Shown one piece after another: positions 1-8,946 of a stretch of DNA of 55,776 nt (position 1 is the stretch's first letter; each line of letters starts with the position of its first letter). The DNA is from Candidatus Saccharimonadota bacterium (GTDB taxonomy: Bacteria; Patescibacteriota; Saccharimonadia; Saccharimonadales; JAUPVS01): positions 1 to 55,776 of the forward strand of contig JBAXGG010000002.1 of NCBI GenBank assembly GCA_037139495.1, given 5' to 3'. The notes beneath the pieces are model-generated. The model was not told the origin of the DNA and did not search any database. It saw nothing but the letters and a program-made list of their open reading frames with translations. A program made the position numbers and the translations under genes.

Positions 1-64
1 GGCATATAAAGTGTATGTGAACCATTTGATTACATTGTACTATATTTATTAAAACCGATGATGA

Positions 65-95
65 TAGTTGCAATAGCGTCTACAGTGGCCCTCCA
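65..95 (+). repeat. Copy D of the 31-nt cassette-boundary core (TAGTTGCAATAGCGTCTACAGTGGCCCTCCA), inverted relative to copies A-C
   Basis: 28/31 nt match copy B (32403-32433, minus strand). It ends in TGGCCCTCCA, like the tRNA-Lys 3' end. A 7-bp hairpin follows (ATGCCAA...TTGGCAT, about 113-145). Confidence 0.7.
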
Positions 96-265
96 AGCAT
101 AAGCACTATAAATATGCCAAGATTCTTAAATGGTTAGCTTTGGCATTACTGGCCTATCCGATTAACGCTCTACTGGTCGGGCAAGATTGCTAATTTCTTT
201 GGGACCGTGCTGATCTAGTCGTTTCAGTTCGACGAGTACGTCACTGTTCGAGTTTAACTGTGACA

Positions 266-1423
266 TTATTTCGTCGCTGTTGATGTCGGCGTACTAGAAA
301 ACAGCTGGTCCAGTAAGGCCTGGATTTGCGAGTAGTTATCAAGCCCGGCGGCAGGTATCAACGTAGACTGACCATCAGCGCTTGTGTAGTTGCGTAAATA
401 ATTAACTTTGTTGTAATCGTTGAGACTTACAGATTTAATGTCGGCCGAGTTTATACCCTTAGTGAGATTACTTAAACGGCGGATATTGCCGAGCGACAGG
501 TCTATCTTGGCATTTTTCCCAACTGCATCAAATAGATTACTGATTTTTACTGGGTTGGTTAAGACGCCAGCGCTGGTGGCCTTGTCTTTTAGGGCAAGCA
601 ATATTTGACGCTGGTAGCCAGTTCTGTCGAAGTCACTGACTACACCATAGGAACCAGGGCCATCACCCCGTGATCGGGCTAAGTTCAAGGAAATCTGGCC
701 GTCAAGATGATTGACCCCGTTGGGAAGTTTGAGATTAGTGTAAGGGTCGTAAACACCGTATTTGCTTATACTATTTATTGTTAAGTTAACGCCACCAACA
801 GCATTTACAGTGTCCCGGAAGGCGGTATAGTCTATCAGCGCATAATAATCAATTGGGATACCAAGTTTTTGGCTAAGAGTTTTCTCGAGTAGGCCCATCC
901 CGCCGATTGGGTAGCCGGCTTCGTTAAATTTGCTGCCGTAAACATTCGCAGCATTAATTTTAGAATAGCCCTGCCCAGGGATATTTACGTATAGATCGCG
1001 AGGGATGCTCATTAAAAATGCAGTTTTATTGTTCGGGTTAATGCTAATTAGCATGATTGAATCGGTCAGTTCGGCACCATCATGGCCCGGGTCATCGGCC
1101 GAATTACCAGCTAGTAATATATTAATCCGACCCCTGTCCTCTCCTTTCAGCTTGGAGTTATCAAACAAGCTCCAAATACTAGTGCCTAATTTGCCGGTAT
1201 TAATATAGGCTTTATAGCCTAGCCATCCACCCGTTAGCAGGGCGACAACAAACAATGCCAAGAAAGTTCGCTTAAAAAGCTTCTTCCAGCCAAACCCCGG
1301 CCCATTAGTCGGCCGCTTGACGATTGGGGGCGCCCGCAAAGTACCATCACGCAAGTCTGGCAAGCTACGACTGACCTGATAATTAGCATTGGCCTTTTTC
1401 GGCGTCTTGACGGGTTTCTTCAT
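266..1423 (-). CDS. LytR-CpsA-Psr (LCP) family cell-wall glycopolymer ligase
   Basis: 385 aa. Basic N-terminus and a single TM (FLALFVVALLTGGWLGY), then the LCP core (INILLAGNSADD, TDSIMLISINP, SIPRDLYV) and an S/T-rich C-terminus. Confidence 0.85.
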   Translation of the reverse strand: MKKPVKTPKKANANYQVSRSLPDLRDGTLRAPPIVKRPTNGPGFGWKKLFKRTFLALFVVALLTGGWLGYKAYINTGKLGTSIWSLFDNSKLKGEDRGRINILLAGNSADDPGHDGAELTDSIMLISINPNNKTAFLMSIPRDLYVNIPGQGYSKINAANVYGSKFNEAGYPIGGMGLLEKTLSQKLGIPIDYYALIDYTAFRDTVNAVGGVNLTINSISKYGVYDPYTNLKLPNGVNHLDGQISLNLARSRGDGPGSYGVVSDFDRTGYQRQILLALKDKATSAGVLTNPVKISNLFDAVGKNAKIDLSLGNIRRLSNLTKGINSADIKSVSLNDYNKVNYLRNYTSADGQSTLIPAAGLDNYSQIQALLDQLFSSTPTSTATK

Positions 1424-1464
1424 ATGTTTACTTACAACTTATTATACCTGAAAACAGCTGAGAT

Positions 1465-1956
1465 TCAGCTGTTAGTACCCGGCTCCTGATCCCAAACTTC
1501 AAAGTTAAAATTCATACCATTTTCGGCTTGGGACGGTTCCTGGAAAGTTAATTTGAATTTATTCTCAAATTTTGGAAAAAACTTTGTGCACTCAAAATCA
1601 CCGGCAATCCGTGTTAGGTAAATTTTTTGAGTTACTGGTAATAATTTAGCGTACACGGCCGCCCCGCCAACAATCCAAAGTGTATTATTGCTATCCTGGT
1701 ACGTCTTAAGCAGATCAGTAATATCCTCAATCGGTTCAAAGCCAGCCTCGAGCTTAGTATTGGGTCGTACTATCACTAGGTTGCGGCGATTCGGTAATGG
1801 CTCAGCAAATTCAGAGTACATGTTATAGCCCATCAAAACCGGATGACCTATAGTTTTATCACGAAAATAAGCTTTATCAGTTGGCAGATCCCAAGGAATA
1901 CCTCTTGCCGTAGCTAAGCCCATCTTTTCGTCAACAGCCGCGATTGCGTAGATCAT
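1465..1956 (-). CDS. folA: Dihydrofolate reductase
   Basis: 163 aa. DHFR-like motifs IPWDLPTDKAYFRDKT, VLMGYNMY and LWIVGGAAVY. Overlaps folC by 4 nt. Confidence 0.85.
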   Translation of the reverse strand: MIYAIAAVDEKMGLATARGIPWDLPTDKAYFRDKTIGHPVLMGYNMYSEFAEPLPNRRNLVIVRPNTKLEAGFEPIEDITDLLKTYQDSNNTLWIVGGAAVYAKLLPVTQKIYLTRIAGDFECTKFFPKFENKFKLTFQEPSQAENGMNFNFEVWDQEPGTNS

Positions 1957-3206
1957 TTAAACTCCTTTATTAGTGGACGTATAAGATTAAGCAAATAGAA
2001 TGATCCGGTGATTAGTAGAACAGTTTCTGGGCGATCTCTCAGGACAGCTAGAGCTTTTACTGGCTCAGGAACGACTTCAAGTGATTTAATGCCGGCCTTT
2101 ATAGCCGAGGATTTAACTAGTTCGGAGTCAATTGACCACCGGGGCAAATCTTGCTCAACCTGAAAGGTAGTAATGATGAGATGATCGATAGCAGCATGGA
2201 GAGCAAGCATTTTTTCATCCAAATTGTCATTCTTGTCATGACTAAAACTGACGATGGCAGCAATTTTTTGATCGGTATACTTTTCTTTAACACTCTTGCA
2301 CAGGGCTAGGATCTTTTGATTATTGTGAGCACCGTCAAAAATTAAGGTTTTATTACCAATGCTTTTTATTTCCATACGAGCTGGGATAATGGTTTGAGCG
2401 CTTGCTTTAGCCTGGGAATCGGTAAACAAGAAACTATCACGCTCGGCTAACAGCTCCACGGCTGCCCTGGCCAAGCACCAGTTACGCTGTTGGAATAAGG
2501 GCAGTTGCTTTGGAGCCTTAACGACCTCCATGACTCCCAGGCTAGCACCAACTTTATCAGCTCGCCGCTTAACGGCGTCCAAGACAGGCTGACCCTGCCG
2601 GTTCATAACAACCAGGTTACCGGCCTGAATAATACCAGCCTTCTCGCCAGCAATCGTCACTACGTCGTGTCCTAACATTGCCGTGTGGTCGAGGCCAATG
2701 TCTGTTATGACGGCAATCTTATTAGGATTTTTAATAATGTTGGTGGCGTCTAAGCGGCCACCTAGCCCGACTTCGACCACCGCGTAATCAACGGCTTGGG
2801 ATGCAAATACCCAATAAGCGAAGGCCACTAAAAGCCCAAAGTAACTCGGTTTATTGTTTTTAACAGCTGGCAAATCTACAAATTCGCCAAATAGTCGGCA
2901 AAATTCGGCTTCCGGCAGGGGCTGGCCATCAAGCTGTACGCGTTCGTTTATATTGTCAACATGAGGTGAAACTGTCAGACCAACTGTCTTACCGGTCCTT
3001 TGTAACATATCAGAAATGTAATAGCACGTAGAAGTCTTTCCGGAAGTACCTGCCACATGTATAATTTTGACTTTCTCCTGGGGATTTCCCAGTTCGTTCA
3101 TTAAAGCCTTCATATCATCTAATGCAAAGCTCCAGTTAACCGACTGGAATTTGGGAATATAATCATGCAAGACTGTAGCTACTTGTGATAGATTGGAAAT
3201 TTTCAT
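1953..3206 (-). CDS. folC: Folylpolyglutamate synthase / dihydrofolate synthase
   Basis: 417 aa. Mur-ligase P-loop HVAGTSGKTST and VVEVGLGGRLDATN. Forms an operon with folA. Confidence 0.85.
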   Translation of the reverse strand: MKISNLSQVATVLHDYIPKFQSVNWSFALDDMKALMNELGNPQEKVKIIHVAGTSGKTSTCYYISDMLQRTGKTVGLTVSPHVDNINERVQLDGQPLPEAEFCRLFGEFVDLPAVKNNKPSYFGLLVAFAYWVFASQAVDYAVVEVGLGGRLDATNIIKNPNKIAVITDIGLDHTAMLGHDVVTIAGEKAGIIQAGNLVVMNRQGQPVLDAVKRRADKVGASLGVMEVVKAPKQLPLFQQRNWCLARAAVELLAERDSFLFTDSQAKASAQTIIPARMEIKSIGNKTLIFDGAHNNQKILALCKSVKEKYTDQKIAAIVSFSHDKNDNLDEKMLALHAAIDHLIITTFQVEQDLPRWSIDSELVKSSAIKAGIKSLEVVPEPVKALAVLRDRPETVLLITGSFYLLNLIRPLIKEFK

Positions 3207-3217
3207 ATTAACTGATA

Positions 3218-3958
3218 TTGTACAGTAGAATCATGGAACAAGTTCTATTAGCTTTTGCTACCTTTTTATCAACCCTCGCTGGCGGCATTGTTGCTATTAA
3301 AAACAAGCGTTATATTCATCACATTCTGGGATTTACAGCTGGGATTATTTTAGGCGTCATCGCTTTTGACATATTACCGGAACTATTTAAGATTGTTCAT
3401 GCCAGTAATCTGGATGCCACGTGGCCAATGATCGCTTTAGTGGTTGGCTTTTTAGCTTTTCACATCCTAGAAAAAAATGTATTGATCCATCATGCCCACG
3501 AAGAAGAATACGGCAAACACCGTCACCCTCAGGTTGGCATTGTATCCGCTCTGGCCCTAAGTGGTCATAGCTTTCTGGATGGTGTTGGCATCGGCTTAGG
3601 CTTTCAGGTTAGCTCAACAGTTGGTCTGGCAGTAGCGATTGCAGTAATCGGTCATGATTTTGCTGACGGGCTAAATACGGTAAGTTTAATGCTGTCTCAC
3701 AAAAACAGTGTCAAACGATCAGTTAGCATGCTGGTTGTAAATGCTTTTGCACCAGTACTGGGTGTCTTATCAACCATGTTCTTCCAGATCTCCGATGCTA
3801 ACCTGGTTATCTATCTTGGATTCTTTGCTGGCTTCCTGCTATACATTGGCGCTAGTGACATTTTGCCTCAAGCTCACGAAGAAACATCCTCACGCATTAC
3901 TATTGGCCTAACTGTTTCTGGCGCGGCAATGATGTTTGTTTTGACCCGTTTTATTTAA
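3218..3958 (+). CDS. ZIP family divalent-metal transporter
   Basis: 246 aa, polytopic. ZIP motifs HSFLDGVGIGLGF and GHDFADGL. The TTG at 3218 may not be the start; an ATG at 3233 is more likely. Confidence 0.8.
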   Translation: MYSRIMEQVLLAFATFLSTLAGGIVAIKNKRYIHHILGFTAGIILGVIAFDILPELFKIVHASNLDATWPMIALVVGFLAFHILEKNVLIHHAHEEEYGKHRHPQVGIVSALALSGHSFLDGVGIGLGFQVSSTVGLAVAIAVIGHDFADGLNTVSLMLSHKNSVKRSVSMLVVNAFAPVLGVLSTMFFQISDANLVIYLGFFAGFLLYIGASDILPQAHEETSSRITIGLTVSGAAMMFVLTRFI

Positions 3959-4443
3959 TTGTTGTTTATAGCCTTTTTGAGTTTTTCGCCGTATAGTTTC
4001 ATGAACTTAGGGAACTGTGAGTGGATTGGCTGCGGAAGTTCGTCTAATTTAAACCAGCCGTACTTATCAAACATATCCGGTTCACAGATCTTAACCTTTT
4101 TAGGGTCGACCAAAACAGCAAAGTAGAGTGCCAACCAGTGAGTCGGCTGGCCGTCGGGAGTTTCGCGAAAGGCATCCATATAGCCTAGAAACTCAATATA
4201 AAGGGGCTCTACACCATACTCTTCTTTAACCTCTCGGCGAAGATTATCTTCGACTGCCTGTCCGTGTTTCAGCCCACCCCCGCCGGTATCCCAATTACCA
4301 TGTTCATCGCGAGAATTCTTGCTACTTTGCGCCAAAAAGAGCTTGCCTTTGCCGTCGTGACACATAAACGCTGTCGTAACGCCAGTGAAGCTAATACCCT
4401 TATGTTTACGAAGATCTTCTTGAGAAAGTTTTTTTACAGCCAT
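3955..4443 (-). CDS. NUDIX hydrolase
   Basis: 162 aa with the Nudix box GGGLKHGQAVEDNLRREVKEEYGV. Confidence 0.85.
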   Translation of the reverse strand: MAVKKLSQEDLRKHKGISFTGVTTAFMCHDGKGKLFLAQSSKNSRDEHGNWDTGGGGLKHGQAVEDNLRREVKEEYGVEPLYIEFLGYMDAFRETPDGQPTHWLALYFAVLVDPKKVKICEPDMFDKYGWFKLDELPQPIHSQFPKFMKLYGEKLKKAINNN

Positions 4444-4475
4444 CTATGAGATAATGATAGAGAAGTTTAATATTC

Positions 4476-4913
4476 ATGCAAGGATTAAACCATGTCGTCT
4501 TTGGCAGCCTGATAGGCTTGACCATTAAACAGCCTGCTTTGGCGGTGCCCTTAGCATTGGGCTCACATTTTGCCCTAGATATGATTCCGCACTACGGGGA
4601 GCACCATCTCACCAAACTCGGGACTAAACTTTTTCATGCCAGAGCTCTGGCAGACATAGTTTTTTCTTTTGGTTTCGGGTTTTGGCTATTGTCCTTAACC
4701 CCCCCGAACCCTCAAGTACTGATTATTTGTATGGTTGTGGCAGTGTTGCCGGATTTACTTTGGCCTTTAGCCCTATATATTAAACATTCGGGTCCCGTCT
4801 GGGCGTTTTTTTCTTTCCATAAAAAAATTCAACACGAGAGCCCTTGGGGCATTTACATTGAGATTATCTGGTTCTTAATTACTGGCGGTCTGGTTTACCG
4901 ATTAGCGGTATAA
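4476..4913 (+). CDS. Hypothetical polytopic membrane protein
   Basis: 145-aa ORF with 4 predicted hydrophobic helices and no recognisable motif. Confidence 0.55.
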   Translation: MQGLNHVVFGSLIGLTIKQPALAVPLALGSHFALDMIPHYGEHHLTKLGTKLFHARALADIVFSFGFGFWLLSLTPPNPQVLIICMVVAVLPDLLWPLALYIKHSGPVWAFFSFHKKIQHESPWGIYIEIIWFLITGGLVYRLAV

Positions 4914-4920
4914 TGAATAC

Positions 4921-5358
4921 ATGAGGCGAATGCATAAGATTATACTAAGAAAAACCGCGTTTATTTACATTGTATTTGCCTTGATCCTGTTGCCTTGGAC
5001 GTTGTACCTGGCTCAGTCTCTACCAACCCAACATCTTAATATACACTGGGACATAAGCTGGGTTGGCCTAAACGTTATACTGCTATTTTCCCTCTTGGCG
5101 ACCGGTATATTTTCCTACTACCAATCACGCTGGACTGTAATCACAGCTACGATGTTAGGTAGCCTGTTACTGCTAGATGCTTGGTTCGATATACTTAGCC
5201 AGCGTGGTGGTGATGACCTTCAGCAGGCCATACTGCTAGCCATCCTAATTGAAATCCCGATTGCGATCGCTAGCTTTATTTTGGCCGGTCGAGCCTTAAT
5301 AAAAAATGACACCCGGGTAATGCCCAAGCTCCAGGTACATAATCCACGAAAAAAATGA
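4921..5358 (+). CDS. Hypothetical polytopic membrane protein
   Basis: 145-aa ORF with 4 hydrophobic helices. It follows the previous ORF after 7 nt. Confidence 0.55.
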   Translation: MRRMHKIILRKTAFIYIVFALILLPWTLYLAQSLPTQHLNIHWDISWVGLNVILLFSLLATGIFSYYQSRWTVITATMLGSLLLLDAWFDILSQRGGDDLQQAILLAILIEIPIAIASFILAGRALIKNDTRVMPKLQVHNPRKK

Positions 5359-5616
5359 TACGGATAACAGCTTACGTGAGTTGATTTCGGGAATGCAACA
5401 ATGCGGGCCTTTGCGAATAGTGGAATCGTCGGAAATACAGTTATAACATAGCAACTTTCCAAAAGCTGTTTGGCCGGTTAGCATGGCTGCCTTGCGTTCA
5501 GAATGCTAGGCTAAGCCTAGTCGTAACACCGTATAGTCAATGAGTTATGATTTATTTATACTTGTTATAATTTATAAATAAAGTCTTTAGTATTTCAAAA
5601 ATGCCTAAAAGTAACT

Positions 5617-5693
5617 TGGTGCGCCCGGACGGATTCGAACCGCCGACACCTGGTTCCGAAGACCAGTGCTCTAATCCGCTGAGCTACGGGCGC
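5617..5693 (-). tRNA. tRNA-Arg (anticodon UCG), CCA encoded
   Basis: The reverse complement GCGCCCGTAGCTCAGCGGATTAGAGCACTGGTCTTCGGAACCAGGTGTCGGCGGTTCGAATCCGTCCGGGCGCACCA folds as a cloverleaf. Anticodon loop is CTTCGGA. Confidence 0.9.
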
Positions 5694-5705
5694 CTAACAC
5701 CACAG

Positions 5706-5714
5706 ATTATAACA
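5706..5714 (-). promoter_or_regulatory. Extended -10 element TGTTATAAT upstream of tRNA-Arg
   Basis: On the minus strand, TGTTATAAT lies about 12 nt upstream of the tRNA 5' end. The same 9-mer precedes tRNA-Gly and resembles the islet promoters. Confidence 0.4.
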
Positions 5715-5743
5715 GATAAGCCTCAGGGGTAGCTAGAAGATCT

Positions 5744-6358
5744 TCAAATTAAAGTTTTCCAGTAGTACCAAAAGTGATTCATGATAATAAATATAATCAT
5801 GGCGTACCAAAAAACTAGAATGTCACCGTGATGCTTCTGAATAAAGGCCACTAGCTCCTTTAGTGATTTCGGGGTCGTGATTACGCCTGTCCGTAAATTG
5901 TAAAGAGTGGTGTACCAAAAGATTGGCATTGTAACTGTCCAAACCACCATACACCATGGGCAAAGTGCCCGGATAGTGAAAATACTTTGATACTGTAGCC
6001 AAGTAAGCAGGCCAATCGCTAGGATAGTACCGCTTTGCAAACCTAACCAGAACCAACGGCTGAGCTTTTGTGGCTGTAAGCCAGCTATCAGAGCCATGCC
6101 GATAGTGATAACTATGGCAAAGCCAGCAACACCCATCAAAGAGTTCGGAAAACCAGCGACGGCAGACTGCTGAGTTTTAATAACTGATCCACAGCTAATT
6201 AGTGGGCTTAGGTTACAGTTGGGCACAAAGTTAGGGTTCTGTATAAGTTTGATTTTATCCAGCGTTAGTTCAAACGAAGCTAAGAAACCGATAACTCCAC
6301 CAATAGTCAGGATGTACGGCCAAGTTCGATCCAAAGTTAATTCAGATTTTTTACTCAT
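5744..6358 (-). CDS. Vitamin K epoxide reductase (VKOR) family membrane oxidoreductase
   Basis: 204 aa, polytopic. It has a loop Cys pair (CNLSPLISC) and a CPWC redox motif in a TM helix, as in bacterial VKOR homologues. Confidence 0.75.
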   Translation of the reverse strand: MSKKSELTLDRTWPYILTIGGVIGFLASFELTLDKIKLIQNPNFVPNCNLSPLISCGSVIKTQQSAVAGFPNSLMGVAGFAIVITIGMALIAGLQPQKLSRWFWLGLQSGTILAIGLLTWLQYQSIFTIRALCPWCMVVWTVTMPIFWYTTLYNLRTGVITTPKSLKELVAFIQKHHGDILVFWYAMIIFIIMNHFWYYWKTLI

Positions 6359-6411
6359 GAGCTTAGTTTCTATTATAGCGCACTATATTCAACCCAAGGT
6401 ATAATAAACTC

Positions 6412-6696
6412 ATGAATAAACCCACCTCTTTGTCTACTTTTGCCAGCCCTGAAGAACAGGATGCATATGCACAGTCTCTTTTGCGAGTCGTAGCGCTAGA
6501 CTATGAAAAACAAAGAGCCCAAACACCGGTTACAAAACATATATTTTCCAAAAAACGTCTGATTATTCTGGCCGTTTCTACTATTATTAGCATCTTATCA
6601 TTTTGGGTCGTGTCTTTGGCCGGCAAACAATCCAATAATTCATCATCTCAGATCATTAACAGTGCCAAAACTTTTAACGATCCAAATAAATACTAG
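6412..6696 (+). CDS. Hypothetical single-TM protein
   Basis: 94-aa ORF with one hydrophobic helix (LIILAVSTIISILSFWVVSLA). Confidence 0.5.
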   Translation: MNKPTSLSTFASPEEQDAYAQSLLRVVALDYEKQRAQTPVTKHIFSKKRLIILAVSTIISILSFWVVSLAGKQSNNSSSQIINSAKTFNDPNKY

Positions 6697-7260
6697 TTAC
6701 TTGAGTAAATCAGCTTTGGCAGCCATAAATACTGTATCAATTTTACCGCTATCGTTAACTTTAAACGAAACCACTAGGTCGTTAGCCGACTTCCCTACGA
6801 CTGTCCGGTCCCCAAAGTATTGCTTATAGGAGCCCCCTTGGTAAACCGCTAATGTCACTGCTGGTAACGCGAAGTTCCATGGTGAAGTCCCAGCACTCAG
6901 ATAATCAAGATCCTTGACGGCCAAAGCAGCCGATTCAGTACCACCCTTTCCGGAGGCGGCAATCACAACCGTAACTGTATCGGCCATGTAACCTTCTAAC
7001 GCGGCGGTATTTTGCGTTTCGATTGAAGCGGCAATATTTTCTTTAAGGGAGTCCGAAATAGGTTTAATTGTTGTTGAGGCAGCTGCCGGAGCTGGAGTAG
7101 TTATTGTTTTTGCTGGCGTCGCTGTTTTTGTAGCAGTGACGGTTGTTTTTTTATGATTATTCTTATGGTAAATATACCAACAAGTGACGCCGATCACCCC
7201 TATCGCTGCTACTATTAATAATATTCCAATGACACCAAAGCCCTGCTGTTTATTCTTCAT
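6697..7260 (-). CDS. Hypothetical N-terminally anchored extracytoplasmic protein
   Basis: 187 aa. N-terminal TM (FGVIGILLIVAAIGVIGVTCWYI), a Thr/Ala/Pro-rich linker, then a globular domain. Confidence 0.6.
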   Translation of the reverse strand: MKNKQQGFGVIGILLIVAAIGVIGVTCWYIYHKNNHKKTTVTATKTATPAKTITTPAPAAASTTIKPISDSLKENIAASIETQNTAALEGYMADTVTVVIAASGKGGTESAALAVKDLDYLSAGTSPWNFALPAVTLAVYQGGSYKQYFGDRTVVGKSANDLVVSFKVNDSGKIDTVFMAAKADLLK

Positions 7261-7307
7261 AGCTATAGTTTACCTAATATGCCAGCACTAAGCCATAGTG
7301 CTTATGG

Positions 7308-7835
7308 TTACTGCTTAGAGGGGGGCAATAGTTTTGGTGTTTGCTGGCCGCGCTGCAAAGTTTGCCCTAGTACTTCGAAAACTCGAATCGCTTGATCTCT
7401 GCTCATCCCTACTCGGGCAATTGGGTTAGCTTGGCCGTTGCCTTGGGCTTGTAAGAAATTCATCACTAAACCTTGATTATTGGCCACTACATTCACGACA
7501 TCGCTATACATAATCCGGTTGTCTGGCTGCATTAACATAACGATCGGTTTGGTCGGTTCTTCATTGATACTCCCAGGGATTATAGCCTGGTCATAACCGG
7601 CTAACTCCCATAACTGAACAGCTTCATCCTCTTGGGGATCTAAGTGACTGATTAACAGCAGTAATACGTCTTCGCTCGGACGACGCTCACCTTGTTCAAT
7701 CCGTTCCAGGTTATCAGGGTCAATCTCGACGGCACCAGAAACTTCAGCTAAACTTTGATGCAGACTTTCGCGCAGACGTCTTAAACGGAATCCTAAATTT
7801 TTATACGGTGACTGGTTGTATTTCTGCTCACTCAT
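7308..7835 (-). CDS. XRE-family HTH protein with a DUF3467-like C-terminal domain
   Basis: 175 aa. The N-terminal HTH is LRRLRESLHQSLAEVSGAVEIDPDNLERIEQGERRPS. The C-terminal part (VVNVVANNQGLVMNF...ARVGMSRDQAIRVFEVL) resembles DUF3467. Divergent from murB. Confidence 0.7.
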   Translation of the reverse strand: MSEQKYNQSPYKNLGFRLRRLRESLHQSLAEVSGAVEIDPDNLERIEQGERRPSEDVLLLLISHLDPQEDEAVQLWELAGYDQAIIPGSINEEPTKPIVMLMQPDNRIMYSDVVNVVANNQGLVMNFLQAQGNGQANPIARVGMSRDQAIRVFEVLGQTLQRGQQTPKLLPPSKQ

Positions 7836-7893
7836 AATCTAATTATATGGTACGTCTGCTGTCTGGTCATTGCAAGCAAAAGCCGTATAATAA

Positions 7894-8946
7894 ATGATAA
7901 TGAACGTACAACATGACTCACTATTAGCGCCCTATACTTCATTACATGTCGGCGGGCCAGCCAAAACCTTAATCGAGTTGACCGATGCAGACTCACTGCA
8001 GGACGCTCTATCCAAAGCATCAGCACCAATCTATGTGCTTGGTTATGGCACTAATACTCTAGTTTCTGATAAAGGAGTTGATGGTACGGTTATTATTAAT
8101 CGTGGTGACGCTATCAAACAGCTGTCACCTACCCAACTTAAAGTAACCAGCGGGGTGGCCTGGGATGACCTTGTCAAAAAAACAATTGAGCAAGGCTTGT
8201 ATGGTCTAGAGTTTACCAGTGGTATACCAGGTGGGGTCGGGGCAGCGATTGTCGGTAATATTGCCGCCTACGGGCAAAGCGTATCCGACTGCCTGCTGGG
8301 AGCGACTATTCTAGACATTACTACTGGTTCAATTACAAGCTGGGGCAAGCAAGCTTTCGAATTTAGTTATCGTTTTAGTGCCCTACAAAAACCAAAGCAC
8401 AAAAATTGTCTAATAATTGATGCGACTTTTGAACTATCGAAAGAACCGACCAGCCAACTGGAGTACGACTCAGCACTAAACATCGGTCAAAAGCTCGGGC
8501 TTGAACCAAATAGTCTAGCCGACCGACGCGCGATAATTATGGAAACCCGTGAACAATCGGGCTCATTGCTCGTGGACAATGCTACTGGCCCCTGGACAGC
8601 CGGATCATTTTTTAAGAACCCTGTGGTCAATGAAGATCAGTTGGACGCAATTATCAAGCACGAAGAAACCAATATCAGCAAGGATCAACTACTTAGGCAA
8701 AACAAAATTCACGGTGGCAGTCGTGTTAGGGTTTCGGCGGCTCATGTTCTGCTGGCAGCCGGCTTTAAGCGCGGACAGACGTGGGGGTCAGTTCGCTTTC
8801 ACCCCGATCATATATTAAAAGTTGAAAATACCGGCCGGGCCACAGCCCAAGAAATTTATGAAGTTATCCAAGAAATTATCAAAACTGTGCATGATAAGCT
8901 GGCTATCGATCTAGAGCCCGAGGTGCGCTTTTTAGGTGAATTTTAG
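7894..8946 (+). CDS. murB: UDP-N-acetylenolpyruvoylglucosamine reductase
   Basis: 350 aa. MurB N-terminus LAPYTSLHVGGPA, with the FAD-binding region GYGTNTLVSD. The start may be the third codon (ATG at 7900), which lies 8 nt after a TATAAT. Confidence 0.85.
   Translation: MIMNVQHDSLLAPYTSLHVGGPAKTLIELTDADSLQDALSKASAPIYVLGYGTNTLVSDKGVDGTVIINRGDAIKQLSPTQLKVTSGVAWDDLVKKTIEQGLYGLEFTSGIPGGVGAAIVGNIAAYGQSVSDCLLGATILDITTGSITSWGKQAFEFSYRFSALQKPKHKNCLIIDATFELSKEPTSQLEYDSALNIGQKLGLEPNSLADRRAIIMETREQSGSLLVDNATGPWTAGSFFKNPVVNEDQLDAIIKHEETNISKDQLLRQNKIHGGSRVRVSAAHVLLAAGFKRGQTWGSVRFHPDHILKVENTGRATAQEIYEVIQEIIKTVHDKLAIDLEPEVRFLGEF

Noticed and set aside
77-192. An open frame (…YAKILKWLALALLAYPINALLVGQDC*) resembling a fragment of a polytopic transporter. 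It could be a pseudogene remnant next to core copy D.
   Set aside because: It is only about 38 codons with no start codon, and the resemblance is impressionistic. It needs a database search before any call.
5359-5616. SRP (4.5S) RNA, suggested by a GNRA loop and a GGCAGCC segment on the minus strand.
   Set aside because: The conserved domain IV pattern (5' AGG and 3' AGCA flanking the tetraloop helix) could not be aligned convincingly by eye. I kept the region only as an unassigned candidate RNA.
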